Assembly (NCBI GenBank): GCA_965203515.1
Contig: OZ241907.1
Location: 1,824,001-1,888,000, forward strand
Origin: Spirochaetia bacterium
GTDB lineage: Bacteria; Spirochaetota; Spirochaetia; SZUA-6; Bin103
Length of the DNA stretch: 64,000 nt
Reading direction: 5' to 3'
Shown: piece by piece, positions 18,410-27,700 of the stretch
How the letters are laid out: each line of letters opens with the position of its first letter
Position numbering within the stretch: position 1 is the stretch's first letter
Notes under the pieces: model-generated
Databases searched by the model: none
The model's input: the letters and a program-made list of their open reading frames with translations, nothing else
Told to the model about the DNA's origin: nothing
Program-made: the position numbers and the translations under genes

Positions 18410-20294
18410 ATGACCCTGCTGCCGGCGCCGCAACGGCTCCGGATCGACGGCGGCGGGCATCGGCGCGGCGGTTCGAGACGCGATCGCCGCGGCCGGCGCG
18501 GCGTGGCGGCTCACCGAGCGCGGCGGCTCGGGACCGGAGATCGGCGCCGCGGTGGCGGTCGATCCGGCGCGGGCGAGCAAGCCGCAGGGCTACCTGCTCA
18601 CCGTCGGCCGCGAGCGCATCGACATCGTCGGCCATGACGAGGCCGGCGCCTTCTACGGAGCGATGACGCTCCGCCAGATCGCCCGTCACGCGCAGGGCGG
18701 CGTCCTGCCGTGCGTGCGAATCGCCGACTATCCCGACATCGCCCACCGCGGCCTCATGCTCGACGTCAGCCGCGACCGGGTACCGTCCATGGCGACCCTG
18801 TACCACCTGGTCGATCTGCTCAGCGAGTGGAAAGTCAATCAGCTCCAGCTCTATACCGAGCACACCTTCGCCTACCGCAACCACCGGGAGGTGTGGGCCG
18901 GCTGGTCGCCGATGACCGGCGAGCAGGTGATCGACCTCGACGCCTACTGCCGCGAGCGCTATGTCGAGCTGGTGCCGAATCAGAACACCTTCGGCCACCT
19001 GGCGCGCTGGATGATCCATCCCCGCTACCGCCCCTTGTGCGAGGACGACGATCCGGCGGTCTTTCACCCGCACCGGGGCGTGTTCGGCACCCTGTGCCCG
19101 ACCGATCCCGGGTCGGTCGCGCTGGTCGACGAGCTGCTGGAGGAGTTGCTGCCGCACTTCACCAGCCGGCAGGTCCACGTCGGCTGCGACGAGGCGCGCA
19201 TCGGCATGGCGCGGACGCGCCGCGTCGTGGCGGAGCGCGGCAAGGGGCGCGTCTACCTCGACTACGTCCGCCGGGTGCACGAGCTGGTGCGCCGGCGCGG
19301 CCATACGGCGCAGCTCTGGGGCGACCTGATCATCGACCACCCGGAGCTGGCCGCCGAGTTGCCGGACGGCGCGGTCCCGGTCATGGAGCACTACGCCGCC
19401 GGCGCGCCGTTCGACACCTACGGCGAGACCTGCGCGCAGGCCGGGCTGCGGTTCTACCTCTCGCCGGGGATCAATTGCTGGAACACCCTCATCGGCGATA
19501 CCGCCACCGCGCTGGCCAACATCCGCCGCGCCGGTCGGAGCGCGGCGCGCCACGGCGCGGCCGGCCTGCTCAATACCGACTGGGGCGACAACGGGCACTG
19601 GCACCATCTGCCGGTGGCGTTGCCGGGCTACGCCTGTGGAGCGGCGGTCGGCTGGGCGCCGGAGCCGAACTCGGACCTTGACCTGCCGGCCGCCCTGGAC
19701 GCGCACGCCTTCCATGACGCCGCCGGCGTGATGGGGCGGCTGGTATGCGAGCTGGGCGAGGTGTCGCGCTGCCACGAGGCGCTGATCGGCACGCACGGAC
19801 CGCTGCCGGCGTGGATCCTCATCGGCCTGCCCGGCTTGGTGGAACAGCTCGCCGGCCTGTCCGCAGCGGCGCTCGGCATGGCCGAGGAGCGTCTGGAACA
19901 GGCGATGGCGCCGCTCGCCGCGGCGCGCATGGACCGGCCGGACGCGGAGACGATCGCCGCGGAGTTGCGCAACGGCGCCGGCCTCTACCGCCATGCGCTG
20001 CGCCTGTGGGCGGCGCGGATGCGGACGCACGGCCCGGCGGTGGCCGCGCGGCCGCTGGCGAGCGATGCGGAGGTGTGGCCGCGGCGTACGATCGACGCGG
20101 AGTACGCCGCGCTGCCGGCGCGCGCGCGGGCGGCCCTGAAAGCGGAGCTGGCGCCGCTGGTCGACGACTTCCGGCGGCTCTGGCTGCGGCGCGCTCGCCC
20201 CGGGGGGCTTGCCGACAGCACGGGCCGATTCGAACGGTTGCTCGCCGCCTACCGCGGGGATGCCAACGACCCGCTATCATCCGTTGCGCCGTGA
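18410..20294 (+). pseudogene. GH20-family hexosaminidase-like gene with apparent frameshift near its 5' end
   Basis: MTLLPAPQRL is in the 18410 frame; the catalytic body (DYPDIAHRGLMLDVSR, NTFGH, HVGCDE, TDWGD) is in another frame; could still be expressed from GTG 18552. Confidence 0.65.
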
Positions 20295-20953
20295 GCGACT
20301 TTCCCAGTGTCCGACTGTTCCTGATCCGTCATGCGCAGGCCCGCAATGCGGCCGGCGCCAGTTATGACGACGCGTCGCTGTCGGCGGTCGGCCGCCTGCA
20401 GGGTGACGCCGTTGCCGGCGCCATCGCCGCGCGGCAGCCGGACGCGCTCTTCGCAAGCCCCGCGGCGCGGGCCCGGCAGACCGCCGATCTGATCGCGAGG
20501 GCGGCCGGCCTGCCGGTAACGGTCGATGAGCGCTTGCGCGAGTTCGTCTTCGGCAGCATCTCCGACCCCGGCCTCACGCTGGAGCAGCTCCGCGAACGCC
20601 GCGACGATCTCCTGGCGTGGCGTCCGGACCGGAGGCTGGCGGCCGATAGCGATACCCCGCGCGAGTTCGCCGTCCGCGTCAAGGCGGCGCTCGACCAGAT
20701 CGTCACGCGCCACATCGCCGAGCGCGTGGTCGTGGTCGCCCACGCGGGGACCATCGACATCGCCATGAACTGGGCGATGGGCGTCGATCCGGGCACCCCC
20801 GTGATGCACGACTTCCCGATCGCCAACGCCAGCATCACCGAGCTGATACACTGGCCGCACGGCCGTATCGCCGGCGGCTCCCCGCGCTATACCGAATTCG
20901 TGAGCGTCGGATCGCTGGCGCACGTGCCGCCCGAGGTTCGTAGCGGCAACTGA
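20291..20953 (+). CDS. Histidine phosphatase family protein
   Basis: GTGA overlap; LIRHAQ, SP..RARQTA, LRE..FG, VAHAG, NASIT. Confidence 0.9.
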   Translation: MSDFPSVRLFLIRHAQARNAAGASYDDASLSAVGRLQGDAVAGAIAARQPDALFASPAARARQTADLIARAAGLPVTVDERLREFVFGSISDPGLTLEQLRERRDDLLAWRPDRRLAADSDTPREFAVRVKAALDQIVTRHIAERVVVVAHAGTIDIAMNWAMGVDPGTPVMHDFPIANASITELIHWPHGRIAGGSPRYTEFVSVGSLAHVPPEVRSGN

Positions 20954-20969
20954 GCCGGATGCGACGACG

Positions 20970-22220
20970 ATGCAATTGAAGTCTCTCACGCTGACCAATT
21001 TCCGAGGCATTCAAGATCTGAGGCTCGAGTTTTCGGAGCAGGTCAACGTGTTGTTGGGAGTCAACGGAGCCGGCAAGACCGCGATCCTGGACTGCGCGGC
21101 GATCATGCTGTCGCGTCTCATCGGGCGGATCCGCTCGACCCACGGTACGGGGCGTTCCTTTACCGACTACGACATCAGCAACGGCATCTCCGAGACTCGA
21201 AACGAGATCGACCTGGCATTCCAGGGAAGGTCCTGCCAATGGCGTGTTACGAAAACTCGAAGAGGACGCAAACGACAAACCATAACGAGATTGGAGGAGA
21301 TCAAGGGGCTCGTTGATCTGATCTATTCAGAGCTCGAGAAAGACGACTCTGCAAGCTTACCGATCGTGATCTATTATCCCGTCGATCGGGCAGTAGTGGA
21401 TATTCCGCTGCGTATCCGAAACAGGCATCCATTCGATCAACTTGCAGCTTACGACCAGGCGTTGTCGGGAGATCGGAGAGACTTCCGGACGTTCTTCGAG
21501 TGGTTCAGGGATCGTGAGGACTTGGAGAACGAACAGCGCCTGGATAGCCCCTCGTTCCGTGATCGTCAATTGCAGGCGGTAAGACTGGCAATCGAACGCT
21601 TGCTTCCCGGTTTCACCGGTCTCACGGTAAAGCGGAGGCCATTGTTGCGCATGGTAGTATTCAAACAAGAAGAAGAGCTGATCGTCAACCAGCTTTCCGA
21701 CGGAGAGAAGTGCGCTCTGGCGATGATCGGAGACTTGGCGCGGAGAATGGCGATAGCGAATCCGGCCTCTGAAGACCCTCTCCACGGCAAGGGCATCGTC
21801 TTGATCGATGAAATCGACCTGCATCTTCATCCCGGCTGGCAGCGCCGAGTCGTTACGGCCCTGCAGGACACCTTTCCCAACTGCCAATTCCTGGTATCGA
21901 CCCATTCCCCGCAGGTAGTCAGCCACATCAAGCCGGAACGTATTTGGATGTTGGAGCGGACCGAGGCGACGGTCAGTGCCAGCCGTCCGGTCGAATCATA
22001 TGGCCAGACAACGGGAAGCATCCTGGAAGACATAATGGAAGTGCCCGAACGTCCGCAGGAAATAAAGGACCAACTGAGCAGTCTGTTTTGGGCCATACAA
22101 GACGAAGACTTGGTAACGGCAAAGAAGCTGCTGGCTGAGCTGCGCAATACTATCGGCAGAGACCAAGAACTGGTAAAAGCCAGAGTTCATATTCGCAGAA
22201 AAGAGACTATAGGAAGATGA
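20970..22220 (+). CDS. ptuA: ABC-type AAA ATPase, Septu PtuA-like
   Basis: NFRGI; Walker A GVNGAGKT; QLSDGEK; Walker B LIDEIDLHLHP.WQ; STHSP; adjacent HNH gene. Confidence 0.8.
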   Translation: MQLKSLTLTNFRGIQDLRLEFSEQVNVLLGVNGAGKTAILDCAAIMLSRLIGRIRSTHGTGRSFTDYDISNGISETRNEIDLAFQGRSCQWRVTKTRRGRKRQTITRLEEIKGLVDLIYSELEKDDSASLPIVIYYPVDRAVVDIPLRIRNRHPFDQLAAYDQALSGDRRDFRTFFEWFRDREDLENEQRLDSPSFRDRQLQAVRLAIERLLPGFTGLTVKRRPLLRMVVFKQEEELIVNQLSDGEKCALAMIGDLARRMAIANPASEDPLHGKGIVLIDEIDLHLHPGWQRRVVTALQDTFPNCQFLVSTHSPQVVSHIKPERIWMLERTEATVSASRPVESYGQTTGSILEDIMEVPERPQEIKDQLSSLFWAIQDEDLVTAKKLLAELRNTIGRDQELVKARVHIRRKETIGR

Positions 22221-22227
22221 CTGCTCA

Positions 22228-22827
22228 ATGAAGCATATCGTGAAGAACCAGGAGCCGCAACAGTTCTCGGACTGGAAGATGAACGATAAGATGGCCCATC
22301 GACCCAACTGGAATCGGGTAGACGGGGCAACCAAGACGGTGATTCACGATGCCCTGATGGACGAGCAAGGACATATTTGCTGCTACTGTGAATCACTGGT
22401 CACAAGTGACAGTAGTCATGTGGAGCACTTTCGACCTAGAAGGACATATCCTCATCTTCAGCTCGACTACTCGAACATGCATTGCTCGTGCTTGCTAGAG
22501 CCATCATCGGGAGAGCCGGTTCACTGCGGTCATAAGAAAGGTAGCTGGTTCGACGGACAATTGTTTATTTCTCCTCTGCATGAGAACTGCGACAAACGGT
22601 TCAGATTCAATGCCAGAGGAGAAATAGCTCCTCGCCGTAGCGATGACTTGGCGGCTGCGACGACTATCAGCAGGCTTGGGCTTGATCTACCGAAACTGAA
22701 TCGTCTACGGGCGGCCGCCGTGGATGACCTGCGGGATTTGTCACCGACGGAGATCGAGGCTCGGCTTGTCAGAGGACCAGATGGATTCCTGGAGTTCTTC
22801 ACGACTATCGAAGACGTTCTGCTGTAG
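22228..22827 (+). CDS. ptuB: HNH endonuclease, Septu PtuB / TIGR02646-like
   Basis: EQGHICCYCE; HVEHFRP; LDYSNMHCSC; HCGHKK. Confidence 0.8.
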   Translation: MKHIVKNQEPQQFSDWKMNDKMAHRPNWNRVDGATKTVIHDALMDEQGHICCYCESLVTSDSSHVEHFRPRRTYPHLQLDYSNMHCSCLLEPSSGEPVHCGHKKGSWFDGQLFISPLHENCDKRFRFNARGEIAPRRSDDLAAATTISRLGLDLPKLNRLRAAAVDDLRDLSPTEIEARLVRGPDGFLEFFTTIEDVLL

Positions 22828-24040
22828 CCGCGGGACGCAGGGGCCGGGCAGCGCGGCGGCGGCGCAGATCCTTCAGCAGCGATCCCAGGGCGGCCAGCGC
22901 CAGGAGCAGCGACCCGCAGAAGATGAATACCTCCAGGGCGCGCACCGGACCGATCAGGACCGCGCCGGCCGCCAGCGCCGCGACGGCGCCGGCGGTGGTC
23001 CACTCGGCCGCGCCGAGGCGGCGGATGCTCACCACGTAGACGCGCATCGCCAGGAAGCAGGTCAGCCAGACGGCCAACTCCCCGAACAGCAGCCGCGCGC
23101 CGGTCAGGCCGGAGCCGGCGTCGACCGGCGGCGCAATCGCCCCAGCGGGAACGACGATGCGCCGCGCCGCTTCCAGCAGGCCGGGCGCCTCGGCCCCGCT
23201 CCGTCCGACTGAGCCGAAGGCCGTCAGGATCGCCTCCACGGCGGCGGCCATCACCACCACCGCCAGCGTCATCGGCAGATGCAGGTAGGCGAGTATCTGC
23301 CCGCCGCCCACGCGCTGGCGCAGCTCGTCGCGGTCGAGCAGGCGGAAATAGAACCACCAGATGCCGACCGGCAGGGCGAATCCGATCATGAAGCCCAGCC
23401 GCGCCGCTTCGGCATGCACGGCGCCCACCACCACGCCCCGCACCGCCTCGCCCAGGACGATGATGGTGAACAGCCCCAGCCGTTCGGGGAGATGATGCGG
23501 GTTCGCGGGCCAATGGCCGAGCCTGGACACGGCCAACAGGGGCGCCAGAATCTCCGCTCCGATGGCGGCCAGGTAGAGCGGCCGGCGCCACTCCACCGCC
23601 AGCCACTCCTGCGCTCCCCAGGCGACCGCCGACACCGCGAAACCGACCAGCAGGAACCACGTGAAGCGGCGTGCGGCGGGAACCCGGAAATGCGCTTCCA
23701 GGTAGAGCAGCGCCAGCACCGCGCGCGCCGCGAACTGGGCGCGGGTGAAGGAGGCCGCCTGTTCGTCCATACCGGACTGCACGAACACGGCGGAGCCCGC
23801 CAGCGCAAACATCAGGAGCAGCGTCAGCATCGTCTGCAGGATGCTGCCGTCGTCGAAGCGGGTGGCGTAGGTCGTGTGTCCGGCCCACACCAGGAACAGC
23901 GGCAGGTAGAGCGCAGCAACCTGACCCAGCGTGTCCGCGTCGGGATGAGCTGCCAGGTGGTGCGTGAGGCCGGCGATGTTGATGACGAAGATCAGGTCGA
24001 AGAACAGCTCGAGCCAAGTCGCCGACCGGCCCTCGATCAT
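22805..24040 (-). CDS. ltrA: Low temperature requirement protein A family membrane protein
   Basis: ATWLELFFDL; ERLGLFTIIVLGE; WWFYF; YLHLP; alternative start TTG 24082. Confidence 0.88.
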   Translation of the reverse strand: MIEGRSATWLELFFDLIFVINIAGLTHHLAAHPDADTLGQVAALYLPLFLVWAGHTTYATRFDDGSILQTMLTLLLMFALAGSAVFVQSGMDEQAASFTRAQFAARAVLALLYLEAHFRVPAARRFTWFLLVGFAVSAVAWGAQEWLAVEWRRPLYLAAIGAEILAPLLAVSRLGHWPANPHHLPERLGLFTIIVLGEAVRGVVVGAVHAEAARLGFMIGFALPVGIWWFYFRLLDRDELRQRVGGGQILAYLHLPMTLAVVVMAAAVEAILTAFGSVGRSGAEAPGLLEAARRIVVPAGAIAPPVDAGSGLTGARLLFGELAVWLTCFLAMRVYVVSIRRLGAAEWTTAGAVAALAAGAVLIGPVRALEVFIFCGSLLLALAALGSLLKDLRRRRAARPLRPAATAERLR

Positions 24041-24086
24041 CCGCCCGCCGTTGCCGCCGCCGTCGCTCAGAGGTTCAGCCAACTTT

Positions 24087-24380
24087 TCAGCGTTGCGGAG
24101 TGGCGATCGGCACTTCTTCTTCGATCGCGCGGCCTCGTGCGCTCTCGACGACCGATACGTCGTACCTGCTCTGCAGATTCATCCATAGCTCGGGGCCGGT
24201 TCCGAAGTATCGGCCCAGGCGCAGCGCCGTGTCCGCGGAAACCGCGCGTTCGCCGCGCAGAATTGCCGTGACCCGGTTGGCGGGGACGCGGATGGCGAGC
24301 GCGAGTCCGCTTGCGCTCATCTCCCTGGCCTGCAACTCCGCCCGCAGGACGCTACCGGGATGCGTTCTCACTCTTCCCAT
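24087..24380 (-). CDS. higA: HigA family antitoxin (HTH-XRE)
   Basis: HPGSVL; LALAIRVP.NRV..ILRGER; ADTALRLGRYFG...ELWMNLQ..YD; SD GAGGAG. Confidence 0.92.
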   Translation of the reverse strand: MGRVRTHPGSVLRAELQAREMSASGLALAIRVPANRVTAILRGERAVSADTALRLGRYFGTGPELWMNLQSRYDVSVVESARGRAIEEEVPIATPQR

Positions 24381-24640
24381 GACGATGATCTCTCCTCGGG
24401 ATTACCTCGAAACGTGATTCGCCATCGCAAGTTAACCGTCATCGCCCAAGCTCCTTGCCGGGAACCGGTGAGTCGATGAAGTCGGCTCCCCTGCAGTCTT
24501 CGAAGCGGCTCAAGTGACGTTGCAGCATCAAGTGTGTCCAGGAGCATCGAGGCCCGCTCATAATCGAGGCCGCGAAACCCACGCCGTCGGTCGTCCTCGA
24601 ACAGCCGGCGTGTCCTCCCGTCGTCGAAGGACCGGATCAT
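24368..24640 (-). CDS. higB: HigB/RelE-like toxin with atypical, apparently truncated C-terminus
   Basis: MIRSFDD..TRRLF; LDAA; RLHRLTGSR.G.W...VNLRWRITF; lacks the usual terminal V.I.DYH. Confidence 0.8.
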   Translation of the reverse strand: MIRSFDDGRTRRLFEDDRRRGFRGLDYERASMLLDTLDAATSLEPLRRLQGSRLHRLTGSRQGAWAMTVNLRWRITFRGNPEERSSSWEE

Positions 24641-24646
24641 TGAAGA

Positions 24647-24676
24647 ACGATAGAAAACTCAGCATGGTTACGTCAA
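24647..24676 (-). promoter_or_regulatory. Sigma70-like promoter of higBA (leaderless geometry)
   Basis: TTGACG-N18-TATCGT-N6-ATG on minus strand. Confidence 0.6.
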
Positions 24677-24708
24677 GTCTCCAATTGTACTGGATTTGCC
24701 GTGTGACA

Positions 24709-27700
24709 TCATCTTTCCTGAGCGGGATCACGTGATAATGCCTTTTCGAGCTGAGCAGCTTCCGTAACTCCAGCGCTGACCAAGGCGTCAACGAGATGGT
24801 CAACGCGGTCACGTAACGGGCCGTGATGGAGCAAGGGAGGGCGCTGCTGTCGGATTACTTCAATCAAGGAGCAGAGCCGTTTTCCCGCATCGTAGTCAAT
24901 CCAGAACATACTGTCTTCGGATTGTGTCTTCATCCACGCTTCGGCCGCTTCTACTATGAATTCCAAGTACGCCGGCCGTGGGCTGATCTCTAACAGACTT
25001 AAGGTTACGTGATAGCAGCCGACCCGGTCGGCCATTGGCTGGAGCGTAGGAAGAAGCGGATCGCAAAGGTCGGCGTCATCAGAACTCAGAAGACATCGCT
25101 GGGGCTGGCTATACCCGTCAGCCCAAAACAACGCCGCCATCGCACGGTGGAGGCTCGTCTCCACCCGCATCGATCCAGCGTCCCATCGACGCCACCCTCG
25201 GCTTTGCGTAAGCCGACGAACGAGGGCCGAACGAATATGAACCGCTTGCCTCTCGTTCATACCAAGGCGTCCGAAGTAGAGCCTGTCTACGTTCAAGATG
25301 AATTGCTCAGTAACATCGAAGAACGGTCTGTCCGGCAGAGACGTGATGAGGTTCAGTGCAAACTGGTCCATGTCTGCCGGCTCCAGGCCAGGCATGCAAT
25401 GAGCCAGTAGCTTGAAGTAGGCTTCGTTCCATTCGTATATCCCCTGATTGAATCTCATCGTGTCGTCCGGGGCGTCCCCGTTCGCGGCAGCGGTCCATCG
25501 GGCGTATGTATCGGCCATTATGCGCAGCCATGGGCGAGTATGGACGTCAAGAATATCGGACGCACTCATTAGCCATCTCGTAGCGGAGTAGATGTCAACT
25601 CTCTCTTGGAGTCGCTTAAGAGAAGGTAGGGAGTCTGCTTCATCGGTAGGCCACATCGGCTCTCCGCCATTGCCGTCCATCCAGGATAATTCGGAGTCGA
25701 TGGCTATATCGGAGATAAGTGATGTGATTTCCCGTGGTCCTTCGACGTTACTACGACGGATGCATGCCGCAAATGCCGTCCTCAGTATGGCCGTCGGCAA
25801 GCGCTCGTCGATCGCTGCAAGGACATCAGCAACTGCACGAAATCCAGGTGCAGCGGCTCCGTCACTTCGCGCACAGAGGCCAAGGACGGCTTGACGGCCA
25901 TGTCTGCTGTCGCAATGTGTGAGCAGGTGAGCCCATCCCACCAGTGCGATCGCTACTGGATTGGACCAGAGACTTAAGCCGTCGACATCTATTTTGTGCG
26001 CCTGAGACGCACTATCGAAAACCTCTACTGCCCACGTTTCGTTACGGTCTCGCAGATCGTCATCGCCATCTCTCATCGTAAGCACAGCAGCAGCTACGAC
26101 TATCCAGTGATACTCCTTTGTTAATGGTTTACCTCTGGCCCATGTTGCAGCCGCGGCCGCAAGTTCGGGTGATGACAGCTTCCGATTACGTACCGCTAGC
26201 TTGATTGTACTCTGAAGATTGAACTCGGAATACTGTCTATCGAAATCATCACGTAGACGCTTGAGATGATGCTTTTCGACGTCTGGACTACTGTACCACA
26301 GGCTACCAGTTTGTTCGTCAACATTCCAGTTATTGGGGTCTATCTGATTAAGAGCGTGGAAGACCATGAAGTCCGGGTCCGCCAGGTTCGAGCGGTTGCC
26401 GTACGGTCTAAGCCGATCTTCCGCTGCGTGGAGCAGAGACGCGAGGCGATCGCGCTGTTCTGGGGGCGGGGTAGTAGCGTAGAATCCAACAAGATCAAGA
26501 AGCGAAGACTGCCGAGCGCCGCTATCCTGGACTGTGTCAAGACTCGTGCTCAGTATATGATCCAGACACAGGAGTTCGGGGCAGGCGGCAAACGGAATCG
26601 CTACCTCGCGCGACATTGGCCAGTGCTTGCACAGAAGGTCAACAGCAACGAGCAGATAGGCCGCTGCAGTACTTGATGGCCTAAGTACATCAGCAAGCAC
26701 CGCCTTGATAGGGTCGCCCTGTTCAATCCGCCGGTGTCCCCACTTCTCTAAGGCCATCAGCGCGGTAGTCACGACCGACTCGGGACATCGAAACGATCTC
26801 GCCCATCCATACGAATCGAGCCGCGAGAATATTCGACGACCGCCCACAAGCGGAATAGTGAATGTCACGGACGTGTCGGCGCGGTCGTCATAGAACGACA
26901 CTGCGTGATCAACGATCTGGCGAACCAGTTTTAACCCCACGGGTGGAGCATGGCTAAGCAGGTCAAGGAACGGTCCCAGGTCGGGCGACGGGCGCACGAA
27001 AAGATTCTGGTGCTCAAAGGCTCTGCGATGGGGAGATGAATGGGGCTCTTCTCGCTTCGGCTTGGGTAGCAGCGCCGCGATAGTAAAGTGAGCAAGTTCC
27101 TTAGGAGCAGCGCGGGCAAGAGAACCGGGCTTCCCAAGAACGCTATCGATCAGGATAGAAAACTTCCGACGGGTCTCCAAGGACTGCAGGTATTTTACGG
27201 CGAGTGGCGGGTTATGATGACAGAATAAAAGGAAATAGCTGCGGATATGAGTCTCCAATACATCATAGTTGCTCAAGGTACCACCAAAGGGTTTTTGCAG
27301 CTGCCGAATATGATCCGGATAGTGCGCATCTTCGATCTCGGTTAGGCGGCGGTAGAACCACGATACCAACCTCGGGGTAATACGATCCTCGTCGGGGATA
27401 CACCAAGCGTCAAGGATGCACCATTCGGCGTACAACCTTGCCACATCTGGTATCATCACGGACGGAAGTCGCGGGTCCATACTGAGTAACCACTCGATCA
27501 GTCGCCACCACGATGGCGCCCCGGGAAGGTACAAATCTTCTGGGATTATCTTGGGATCAGCGCCCGGTGCGGCGAATTCGCGGGCGGGAACGGCGTCGAC
27601 GGCCATTACGGCTTTAATGAGCTCGCGGAGGACGCGTGCCTCATCGGCCAATAGGTGATTGGAGACACGCTTCAAGAGATTAATCGAGATCTCCGATCGG

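Noticed and set aside
20970..22827. Retron system (Ec78-like)
   Set aside because: No reverse transcriptase and no ncRNA-sized gap in the vicinity
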